From a virus (lineage: Duplodnaviria; Caudoviricetes), in the IMG/VR virus record IMGVR_UViG_3300044636_000374, positions 1 through 58,944 of that record: a stretch of 58,944 nt of DNA. The stretch is one strand, 5' to 3'. The translations under genes and the position numbers were made by a program. Under the pieces are notes generated by a model. It was not told the origin of the DNA and did not search any database. It saw nothing but the letters and a program-made list of their open reading frames with translations. Below are positions 36,932 through 46,900 of this stretch, piece by piece. Every line of letters begins with the position of its first letter. Position 1 is the stretch's first letter.

Positions 36932-39211
36932 ATGCCGTATGTTTATAAAGTAGACGAAGAAGGCAACGGATATTATGACTACGAAGAAGACGATGTTGTC
37001 GACAACAAAGGCAATATTGTTGAAGGAACAGACGATATTGGGTTTGAAACGAGCGATCCCAATAAACTTTATGGAATAGAAGCGGGGTATGCGTTTGACC
37101 CAGAAGCGCCCGGATTCCAAAAGTATGTTGATGCCGATAAAAATGAAGTTGTTGTCGCGCCTGACGGCTCTTACTTTTTAAACGGTAAAAAGATCTGGTC
37201 GCCTCCCGCTCCCGGCAAGGCTCCTACTGCGTCTGACTGGTCCAGCTTAATCACCAAGCTTGGCAACTTTGCCACCTCCCCAAAAGGGGCTGCTGCTTTA
37301 GCCGCTACCGCGTTTTCATTAGGCGGAGCCAATGCGCCTAAGACCGGCGGATGGAAAGGCTCTATCCCTAAGCTCACGGCAGTAAGAGAGCAGGTAGAGA
37401 TGCCTGCTTATGAACCTTACTCTGGTAAAGCGGTAATGGGTGGCAAGTTCTTTACCGACCCCCAGTATGTCGGTAAGACTGATACGGCAGGTATTACTGC
37501 CGCACAAGATGCTGCCAAGGCTGAAGCTGCTAGGTTAAAAGGGATCAATCCTACTGCTCCCGCCGCCGCTGTTGGAACCAAGTTCGCTGACAACACGTTA
37601 ACCAAAAAGCAGGATATGTCTGGCTTACGGGATATTTATCTCATGCCGGGGATGGGCATTCAGTCGTCATCTGGTGCCCCACCTGTTAAAACGTTTGGCT
37701 CTCTAAAAGAGTTAGCCGATGCTAGCGGTATAAAGCCTGCTGAAGAAGTTGTTACGCGTAATACCTTGCCAAGTTTTGGCGCTGCGCTTCCTCCGGGTTA
37801 TAAATGGGGTCCGCTAGATGAGGTAATTCCTGATAGCATTGATACGCCTGAGCAGTATCAAGAATGGCGCAAATCTCAAGGCGTTGATGTTCAATCAACC
37901 CCTCCGCCTCCCATTGCTTCTAATCAGCCAGCCCCAATTGGGATTGAGCAAAGCATGCCTGATGCGTCTAAGTTGTATCAGAAGCCTGATACAGCAGGCC
38001 CTGTTCAAAGTGATACAGAGCTTTTTTTTGAGCAGCCTGGCAGGTTCACGGGTGGGATGCCTATTGACTTAGAAGAGGCGATGTTAAATAGGCCTATTAC
38101 AGCCGCACAGGGTGGCATTATGAATCTTGCGAAAGGGCGTTATTTAGCTGGACCGACAGATGGCATGGCAGATAAAATCCCATCATCTATAGACGGTAAA
38201 CAACCGGCTAAGTTAAGTCACGGAGAGTTTGTGATCCCTGCTGACGTTGTAAGCCATCTTGGTAATGGCAATTCCGATGCTGGTGCTAACCAGCTTTATA
38301 AGATGATGGATCGTGTTCGTAAGGCACGTACCGGTACCACCAAGCAAGGTAAGAAGATCAACCCTGACAGGTTCACTCCCGGTGGGATTGCAGGGTATGC
38401 CTCTGGCGGTGCAGTAGCGTTTCAGGCGGGCGGAGGTACTGATACTGCGCTTAGCCGAGCGGCTACTGCCAATCCCAACTTAGGCGCTACACAAGAAACC
38501 AACTTGGCTCCTTGGGTGGGAGACTATGTTGGAGATATGCTAGGCAAGTCTCAGGCTCTTGCAGGAACGGGTTATCAAGCCTTCCAAGGCCCGTTATCTG
38601 CCGGGACTTCTCCCCTCCAGCAACAAGCCTTTACCTCTGCCGGGCAGATCAATCCTCAAGCAACGTTCGATACTGCTGCCGCCCAGCAATATATGAATCC
38701 TTTCATTCAGACAGCTCTCCAACCTCAACTGGATGAGATGCGCCGTCAAGCGGAGATCTCTAGGATGCAAACCGCTGGCAGACTGTCTAAAGCTGGGGCT
38801 TTTGGTGGTGGCCGTCAGGCCATTATGGAGTCAGAGCTTCTTAGGAACCTCGGCCAACAACAAGCTCTTACCACCGGTAAAGCGTATGAGACCGCGTTTG
38901 ATAAGGCGATGGGTCAGTACAACCGGAGCCGGGAACAACAGCTACAAGATGTCGGTGCATTAGCTGGACTGGGTGCTCAAGAGCGGCAGATCGAACAACA
39001 GGGGATCGAGCAGCTACGGGGTGAGTTTGAGAAACAACGTCAATTCCCGTACGAGCAGCTTAAATTCCAGCAAAGTATGTTAACTGGTCTTCCTGTCGGC
39101 TCTACTACTGTTACCCCCAATAGAAGCCTGATGTCTGACCTAAACCTGACTGCAAGACAAGTCGGTATGTTAACTGACTTTCTGAACGAAAAAGTATTTA
39201 ACCAACCTTGA
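36932..39211 (+). CDS. Putative ejection/DNA-transfer protein
   Basis: LSHGEFVIPADVV domain flanked by xxGG motifs; QYMNPF...AGAFGGGRQ, typical of podovirus pilot-like proteins. Confidence 0.7.
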   Translation: MPYVYKVDEEGNGYYDYEEDDVVDNKGNIVEGTDDIGFETSDPNKLYGIEAGYAFDPEAPGFQKYVDADKNEVVVAPDGSYFLNGKKIWSPPAPGKAPTASDWSSLITKLGNFATSPKGAAALAATAFSLGGANAPKTGGWKGSIPKLTAVREQVEMPAYEPYSGKAVMGGKFFTDPQYVGKTDTAGITAAQDAAKAEAARLKGINPTAPAAAVGTKFADNTLTKKQDMSGLRDIYLMPGMGIQSSSGAPPVKTFGSLKELADASGIKPAEEVVTRNTLPSFGAALPPGYKWGPLDEVIPDSIDTPEQYQEWRKSQGVDVQSTPPPPIASNQPAPIGIEQSMPDASKLYQKPDTAGPVQSDTELFFEQPGRFTGGMPIDLEEAMLNRPITAAQGGIMNLAKGRYLAGPTDGMADKIPSSIDGKQPAKLSHGEFVIPADVVSHLGNGNSDAGANQLYKMMDRVRKARTGTTKQGKKINPDRFTPGGIAGYASGGAVAFQAGGGTDTALSRAATANPNLGATQETNLAPWVGDYVGDMLGKSQALAGTGYQAFQGPLSAGTSPLQQQAFTSAGQINPQATFDTAAAQQYMNPFIQTALQPQLDEMRRQAEISRMQTAGRLSKAGAFGGGRQAIMESELLRNLGQQQALTTGKAYETAFDKAMGQYNRSREQQLQDVGALAGLGAQERQIEQQGIEQLRGEFEKQRQFPYEQLKFQQSMLTGLPVGSTTVTPNRSLMSDLNLTARQVGMLTDFLNEKVFNQP

Positions 39212-39220
39212 GCTAATGCC

Positions 39221-40921
39221 ATGCTGAATACACAAATTCCCAGCGGCTTACAGGCGCTGATGCAGGCTGCGCAGATTCTTCAGCAACAGGCATCTCCATC
39301 TGCTCCCGGGCCGCAAGGTCAGCAACCTACTGTTGCTAAACAGGTAGAGCAAGCTGCTGCTCAACAAGCTATGCCTGACATGCAATCTGTCGGCCAACAA
39401 GCCGGGATCGCTGGGCAGATGATGGCTCAGCGTCAACAACAGCAACAGCAGATGGCTCAAGACCCGCAGGCTGTTGCGCAGATGGCTGCGCAGATGCTCC
39501 AGCGAGGGATTGGAGGTCTCCCCGCTAATATGCAGTTCCGAGAGGGCGGGATCATCGGCTACGCTGGGCCAGAGGGGTCAGACGTTAGGCTCCAGCCTAT
39601 CCCTGATAGAGAGCTAGCGCCGCTTGACGACAGCTTAGCTGCTAAAGCACAGCGAGAAATGGCAGAGATGGATTCTGGTCAGCGCGTCAGTTTTTCACGT
39701 GACGTAGAGACTTTTCTCAGCCCGGAGTTAAATCAGCGTGCCGCTAAAGAAGCGGCGTTTGCAGAAAAAGAACGGCAACGTGCGTTAGAAACGTCTAGAG
39801 GTATCGCTCAGCAATATCCCCAGCGGCCTCCGCGCCCGCCGAGCTACACGCCTTATGCTGCGGTTTTAGAGTCTGAATTCCAACGGGGGGCTGAAGCTGG
39901 TCCGTCGCCTAGGGCTGAACCGCAGGTTGCTCCGCCAGAAGCCCCGCCTAAGCCTGCTCCGGCAGAAACCCGCCCGGCAACACCGTCCGTACCGTCCGCA
40001 CCGTCCGGTATAGCTGCGGTTGCTCCACGCACTCGCAAAACATTTGAGGATATTTATAAAGGCGTCCCAGAGGATGCTGAGGCTAAAAAAGACATGCAGG
40101 CGCGGGAAGAAATCAACCGCAGGATGTTAGAAGCTCGTAGGCGACAGGCGGATCTTGCGCAAGAAGGTATCGCCGCTATTGGCAGATCAGAAGCAGAACG
40201 CAAGCGTTTGTTAGAACTAGAGCGAAGCAGGGATGCGTTTAACTCTTTTATTAAACTTACCCAAGCATTGCCAACTGGCGGTGATCAGTATATTAACTAT
40301 AAAAACAGCATGAAGGCCCGGGATGAAGCAGATCGTGTCGCTACATTAGCCAGCCAAGAAGCCGTCTTAAAGCTCAAGCAAGCCCAGCAAGCCCGAGAAA
40401 TGGGCGATCTTGAGATGGAGAAGAAGTTCCTAGACGAAGCGGCTGCGTACAAAAAACAAGTAGACGACGCCCGGATGGCTAAAGCCAAGGCTATAGCAAC
40501 CTTTGAACAGAATCTCATTCCGGCAGAGATTCAAGCGGAGACCGCCGCTGCTAACCGCGCACAAGAGCTTAAACTTAAAGTAGATGAACTAAAAGCAAAA
40601 GCAGCAGAGAGACGAGATCTTAAGCTTAGAGATCAAATATCTATCAATGGTCAGCGAGTTTCTAAAGCTTACGCAGATTTGGAAAAATCAATTAAGGAAA
40701 ACTTTCCAACGTATGGTTTAGTTAAAAATACAGCGCCAGACAAGCTGTCAGCAAACGACCGAACAATCATTTCACAAGTTAACGCCATGCGTGATCGGGT
40801 AGAGAAGCAGATCATTGCTCCGTTAGAAGCACTTATTAATGAAGCTGCTAAAGAGCTTGATATTAAGATGCCTGAAGTCCCCCAAGTCTCTGGTGTAGAC
40901 TTCTCGAAACTGCCCAAATAA
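39221..40921 (+). CDS. Putative ejection protein
   Basis: Q/A/P-rich N-terminus, FREGGIIGYA motif, long helical C-half. Confidence 0.65.
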   Translation: MLNTQIPSGLQALMQAAQILQQQASPSAPGPQGQQPTVAKQVEQAAAQQAMPDMQSVGQQAGIAGQMMAQRQQQQQQMAQDPQAVAQMAAQMLQRGIGGLPANMQFREGGIIGYAGPEGSDVRLQPIPDRELAPLDDSLAAKAQREMAEMDSGQRVSFSRDVETFLSPELNQRAAKEAAFAEKERQRALETSRGIAQQYPQRPPRPPSYTPYAAVLESEFQRGAEAGPSPRAEPQVAPPEAPPKPAPAETRPATPSVPSAPSGIAAVAPRTRKTFEDIYKGVPEDAEAKKDMQAREEINRRMLEARRRQADLAQEGIAAIGRSEAERKRLLELERSRDAFNSFIKLTQALPTGGDQYINYKNSMKARDEADRVATLASQEAVLKLKQAQQAREMGDLEMEKKFLDEAAAYKKQVDDARMAKAKAIATFEQNLIPAEIQAETAAANRAQELKLKVDELKAKAAERRDLKLRDQISINGQRVSKAYADLEKSIKENFPTYGLVKNTAPDKLSANDRTIISQVNAMRDRVEKQIIAPLEALINEAAKELDIKMPEVPQVSGVDFSKLPK

Positions 40922-40933
40922 TGAGGCTCTCGA

Positions 40934-43900
40934 ATGGATGTTCGTCTGCCGGATGGCACCGTATTAAACAATGTCCCTGAAGGCACGACTCAGACTGAGA
41001 TCATTAACCGTCTGAAGGCTGGCGGGTACGATGTTGTAAAGATGGGGCTAGAAGCACCGAAAGGTGAGTCTGGCTTCCTCCCGGCGGCTAAAGCAACCAT
41101 ACAGTCTACGCTGGGTGGGGCTGCTCTTTTAGGCGGCAAGCTGGGCCTTTTATCGCCAGAGGAAGCTCAGCAGAAGTTTGAGGCGCGGGAAGCAGAAGCC
41201 AGACGGATCTTCGCCCCTACTGAGAACTGGTCTGACGGGGCGTTTACTAAGTTTAAGGAACTGCTAGGCGGTTCAGTGCCTTTAATGGTAGCGCCTATCG
41301 CTGCCGCCGGTGCTGCTGCTGCCTTACCTCTTACCGGGCCTGCTGCGGTCGCTGCCGGATTGGGAGCCGCAGGGCTTGCGTCTGCTACCCAGTTTACGAT
41401 GTCTAATCTGTCTAGGCAGATGGAGACCGCTAAGTCGCTAGACGAAGCAAGTTTAGGTGCTGCCGCTGTTGCTGCCGCTCCGCAGGCGTTATTAGATGTA
41501 TTTGCTTTTAGAGCATACCCTCTTATTAAACAACTCTTTACCTCTGTCGGGAAAGAGATCACAGAGGAAGCTGCTCAGAACCTTGCCAAGCAAGGTATCA
41601 CTAATACTGTTAAAGACTACGCCGTCACTACCGGTAAAACCGCTGGTGTAGAAGGTCTTACTGAGTCTGGTCAGTCGTTCTTAGAACGCCTACAGGCTGG
41701 GTTAAACATAGCCGATCCTTCTGCCCGGGCGGAGTACTTAGACAGCTTTATCGGTGGTGCTGTACTGGGTGGGACATTAGCTCCTGTCGGTAGGTATATT
41801 GAACGACAGAGACAGGTAGAAGAACCGTTAGCTCCCGGCCAACGTCCGGGGGAGTCATTGGAACAGACAGCTCAACGTCTGAACTTTGACATCAAACAGA
41901 TGACGGCTCCTGCTGAGAAGAGCCCATTCCTATCTAGTACTGAACTCGCCTCTATGGCGGCAGAAGAGAACGGGTATGGGAAGCTTGTACAGTACGCCGA
42001 ACGAATCAAACAAGAACCGGATAGTCCTGAGAAGCAGGCTTCGTTAGAAGCCGCTATAGAACTCCGTAAGAGAGTCGTGAGCGAGGCAGAAACCCGTCAG
42101 ACTCCTACTGATAAGCCTTATCCTTTTGCAGAAGAGCCGGAGAAACCCATCTACCTCACCGGTACTGGGTTGATTGACCTCGTAAACACAAAGGAAACCC
42201 CGAAAGACCAGCTTGTATCTCTCTTGGAGTACATCTCTAAAACCAAGAAAGATCCTGAAAGTCCGGAAAGGGATCAGAGTGTTGAACAGGCTAGGACGTT
42301 ATATAACCTGTTACAAGAGGAAGCTAAGAGTAGAGGGTTTGATCTGCCTGAAGCGTTCACTCTCCGGGCGACGGATTTACGGGCAGCGGGGATTCCAAGA
42401 ACCGATCCTGTCTACGATCAGGTTAAGGATAAGGATCTTAATAATCCAGACGAGGCAGACTTTGTTGTCAAGACTCTAGAAGCTGCTCAAAAGAGAGCTA
42501 CGCCAGACTTGTATGACAAGTTAGAAGGTGTATTAGATAGTATTGACCGTTACCTTGAAAGCCGACCGGGGAGTGGATTTTATGCTCAACGAACTTACCC
42601 TCAACCAAGTGGAGAAGGCGTTGCAGTGGCTGGACGACGGGCTGGACAACAGCCCCCCGCCGAGGGACTTGCTCCATCTGAGCGAGGTGGAGTGGCTCCT
42701 GTTACAGAACCTGCTGAGCAACCTGTATCAACAACGAAAGTCAAGCCCGCTCCACTAACGGAAGAGCGCAAAGCGGAGATCAAAGCTTTACAAGAAGAAC
42801 GTAAGGCCAAACAAGAGTTTGCAGAAAAGATCAGGGCAGTTGGCGGTCAAAACTTAAGAGCGCGCCGGGACAACCCTCAGCTATTGGCTTCTGCTAAGGC
42901 AGGTAATGTCACCGGCATTACCAATGCCTTGTCTCGTAGTAAGAACCCCATCGTTGCTGAAGTAGGCAGAAAAGGTGTTCCTGCCGGGGTATCGGTTGAG
43001 ATTGATCCAGAGGCAGGCGAAAGCTATCTTGGCAGAGATAAGTTTACTGATCAGTGGATTATTAACTACGCCAAGAATCTGATTGCTTTACGAGAGTCGT
43101 TGGACAACGGAGCGGAGTTTAAGCCGTTCAAGCTCCGGAAAGTAAACAATGAATTCGTAGAGGAACAAGCAACTGAACCTCAAGACATCTCAACATGGCT
43201 GCAATTCAATCGTGAATCTTTGTATGTACCGCTTGATACAAGCAGAGCACAACAGCTAAAAGACATTAAACAAAAGGTTGACGATGAATTCACCCGTATA
43301 GGTGAAGATGTTGTTAGGAATAATGCTTCTGCCGTAGCTGTTACTCCCGGCGTGATGGGCGGGTCTTACGACCCCCAATCTAAAAAGATCAAGCTTGTTG
43401 ATTACTTCGCCAAAGACGAAGGCGTTGTAGCTCACGAGGTTGTACACGCTCAGGTGTATGAAGCCGTAGCCAATCCTACAAAGGCTCAGGCTCCGCACGT
43501 TAAGCGTTTACAAAAGCTGTTCGAAGACGTTAAGAAGGTCGCGGAAGAGAAAGATCTTGAGTTCTACGGTGTTACCGGGATTCAAGAATTTATCGCTGAA
43601 GGATTAGGCAATCCGAGCTTCCAGTTCTTCTTAAACACTATCCCTTACGAGAAACAATCCGCATGGTCTAAGTTTGTTCAGACTATTGCTGACCTGCTAG
43701 GGATCAAGAACAGTACAGCGTTATTAGAAGTTCTGACGGTTTACGATCAACTTACTCCTGCCAAGGCAGTAAAGAAAGAAAAACCTGCCAAGAAGAGTCT
43801 TGCTAAGGTAGCCCCGCAGGTCTCAGAGGCAAAGTTCAAAGAGCTAGAAGCTAAAGCAGCTAAGCCGTCAGAAGCCAAACCGCCGGAAGAGAAGGTACGC

Positions 43901-46900
43901 GCTCCTGAACTACAAGAGAAGATCGACCAGCTTCAAGGTGTGCTTAGTAAGATCCTCGCCAAGTATGGGTTAAAGGATGTCAAAATCAACCTAGAAGAAG
44001 GGATGGCCGACGAAGGTTCTTACTCCGGCCAGCTCATTAAGCTTGCTTTAGATCTAGACAATCCCGTCAGGACGTTACGTCACGAAGCCATCCATGCTCT
44101 GAAAGAACTAGGGTTCTTTACGCCCCAACAGTGGAAGGTATTGACCGACCGGGCGCAGAAGGAATGGATTGAGAAATACCTAAAAGGGCAGAAGGCGGTT
44201 GTAGACGGGAAAGAGATGACCCGGTACGACGCCTATATGCAGCTCTACGATGGTGATATGGAAGCTATCGTAGAAGAGTCTATTGCTGATGCCTTTGCAG
44301 ACTTCTCTAAGACTCAACCTCCTGCCGGGATGATGAGAGCAATCCTGAACAGGATGCAGAACCTGTTTAAGGCTATCAAACAAGCTATGAAGGTAGGCGG
44401 TTACGACACTGCCGAAGATGTGTTTGGTGCTGTTGAGAAGGGAGAGCTTCCTGCCCCGCCGTCAACTTCGGTTGCCAAAGGCGCTAAGCCTAGCTTGCGG
44501 AAATGGTACGACGAAGGGACTCCTCGGCAACAAGATGAGCTAGATAATTTGCCGAAAATTAACGACTTTAACGGGATGGAGTTTATTCCAGTTAAAGGTT
44601 TGGTTGATTCTGCCAACTCTAATTACGAAGATTTTGAACTGGCCCCGGGTGTTCGTGAAGTTCCGTTAGCAGCGGAGTTTGTCGAGGCTAATAAACGTCT
44701 TTATGCGCAAAAATCAAAACAAGAATACATATCATTTCTTGCTCAAAAAATCTCCGCAAATCAAAAAATTGAACCTTTGATTGTTGCACTTGAGCCTGAC
44801 GGTGAGACATGGGTGGTAGAGGGTCAGCACCGTGTTCGCGCTTTATCACAACTAGGGTATAAATCGTTCCCTGCTCGCGTTGTAGTTAGCATGGAAGGTG
44901 ATCGTAAAGATTACGAACTTCCTTTGCTTAAGCGCGAAGAGCCAAAAACAGATTACAAAAAAGTTGAAGGCCAGCTTACTCTTTTCAGCCTCCGCGCGCC
45001 GAAAAAACTGGTTACTCAACGTATTCCCGAATTGCAAGAGGCGGCTAGTAAGGTTGCCGCTGGAGAGATGACTCCGCAGGAATACGGCGAATTAGCTAAC
45101 TCTCCGAAATTCCTTGGAACTATTGCGCCGTTTGACTTCATCCCTTCGCCAGCATCCGATGATGATGCGGAAACAGCATTAGATAAAGCCAAGATTGCTA
45201 GATGGAGCCGCGTGGCAGAGATTGATAAAGGCTTTGAGGTGGGGTTGCGGCTAGACATCCCAGCGTATCAAAATCATGGTGTATGGATTAACTCTATCCA
45301 TCAATCAGGTGAGCCTGTTAAATATGCTGCCGTGGCAGCGATTACAAATGCAGAATTTCCTGACGCCGGTAACAAGGCCTTGCGTGTTGCGCAGGGTGAA
45401 GCAAAGTCGCCGTTTGCAGTCATAAAAGGAAATTGGAAACCTGTCTCGTTGCCGCAAGCCGTGGCTCAAATGAAACGGGCATTTCAAGATCCCGCGTGGA
45501 CCCAAGTTGGGTATAACCCGTTAAGGCACAGCTACTTCTTTGATAGAAGCACCGGCAATCCTGTTTCAACGGCAGACGAAGTAATTCAAATTGGTCCGTT
45601 GGTGCTGGCGAAGAACGCAGTCATAGAGTCACCTGAAACGACTCTTCCAAGCGGTGAGCGCAAATACAAATTCAGCCTCCGCGCGCCGAAAACCGAACAG
45701 TTTAAGAAGTGGTTTGATGATAGTAAGATCGTTGACGACAAAGGCGAGCCGTTAGTTGTCTACCACGGAACCAAACGGGACTTTTCAGCGTTTAGGTCAA
45801 AATATCCAGATGCTTTATTGTTTTTCACTACTAACCCTAAATTTGCAAGCAATTGGATTGTAGGGTTTGGCCCTAAAGGTGATTTGCGCGAACCCCCGCC
45901 GGGCACAGACGACGAATATAAAAACATTAAAAAAATTGAATCGTCGTTATATTCACAATACATGAAGCCGCCCGAAGACTATGACTTCGACACGCAAGCG
46001 GGCACAGATCAATTTGACGCAGATCGCGCAGCATTAAAACAAGCATTAAAGAAAGCGACAGGTTTTTCGTCATCCGCAGAGTTTGAAAGCAATGCAGGCA
46101 ACAGAGTAATGCCATTGTTTTTGTCTATTCAAAACCCGTTTGACGCAACCAAAGATTTTAAAGTTATTGAATCGTTTTTAATCCGCCAAGGTATGCAAGA
46201 GCTTGTTGATCGAGGCTATCACAAAACCGGAAACTGGTTAGTGTATGAGAACAAACCGGTTATTGATAAGTTAAAGCAACTTGGGTACGACGGAATTTGG
46301 ATTAGCGAAGACACTAATGGGCCACAAGAAACAATAGCTGCGTTTTATCCAGAGCAAATTAAATCTGCCATTGGTAATGTTGGCGCTTATGGTCAAAGAC
46401 CTATAACGGCAGAAGAAGCTAAGAATCTCGGGATGACAAAAGCCGAGGCAGAAGAAGCGCAGAAAGCTGGCGATATTAGGTTCAGCCTCCGCGCACCGGA
46501 CACCCCGCAGTTCAAATCTTTCTTCGGCCAGTCAAAGATCGTCAACGCTGACGGTTCGCCTAAGCTGATGTATCACGGCACAGCGCGAGACATTACAGAG
46601 TTTCGCCCGAAACAAGCTGGCGCTATCTTTGTAACAGACAATCCTAAGTTTGCCGACATGTTTGCGTCTATGAGCGCAGAGTGGATGGCAAAACATGCCG
46701 ATCAGTTTGTAACCGCTGAACAGTACAAAGAAGGTAAAGCCAGCGCAGTAAAACAAATTAAAAAAGACTACGCATCCGACCCCAAGTTCCGGGATTTATT
46801 ACTTAAAAGTTTGGATGATGAAGCTGGCGATTATAGACAAGAAGCCTTAAAAATACTTGGCAAACAGTTTAAAGACATGATGCCCTCCGGGCCGAACATC

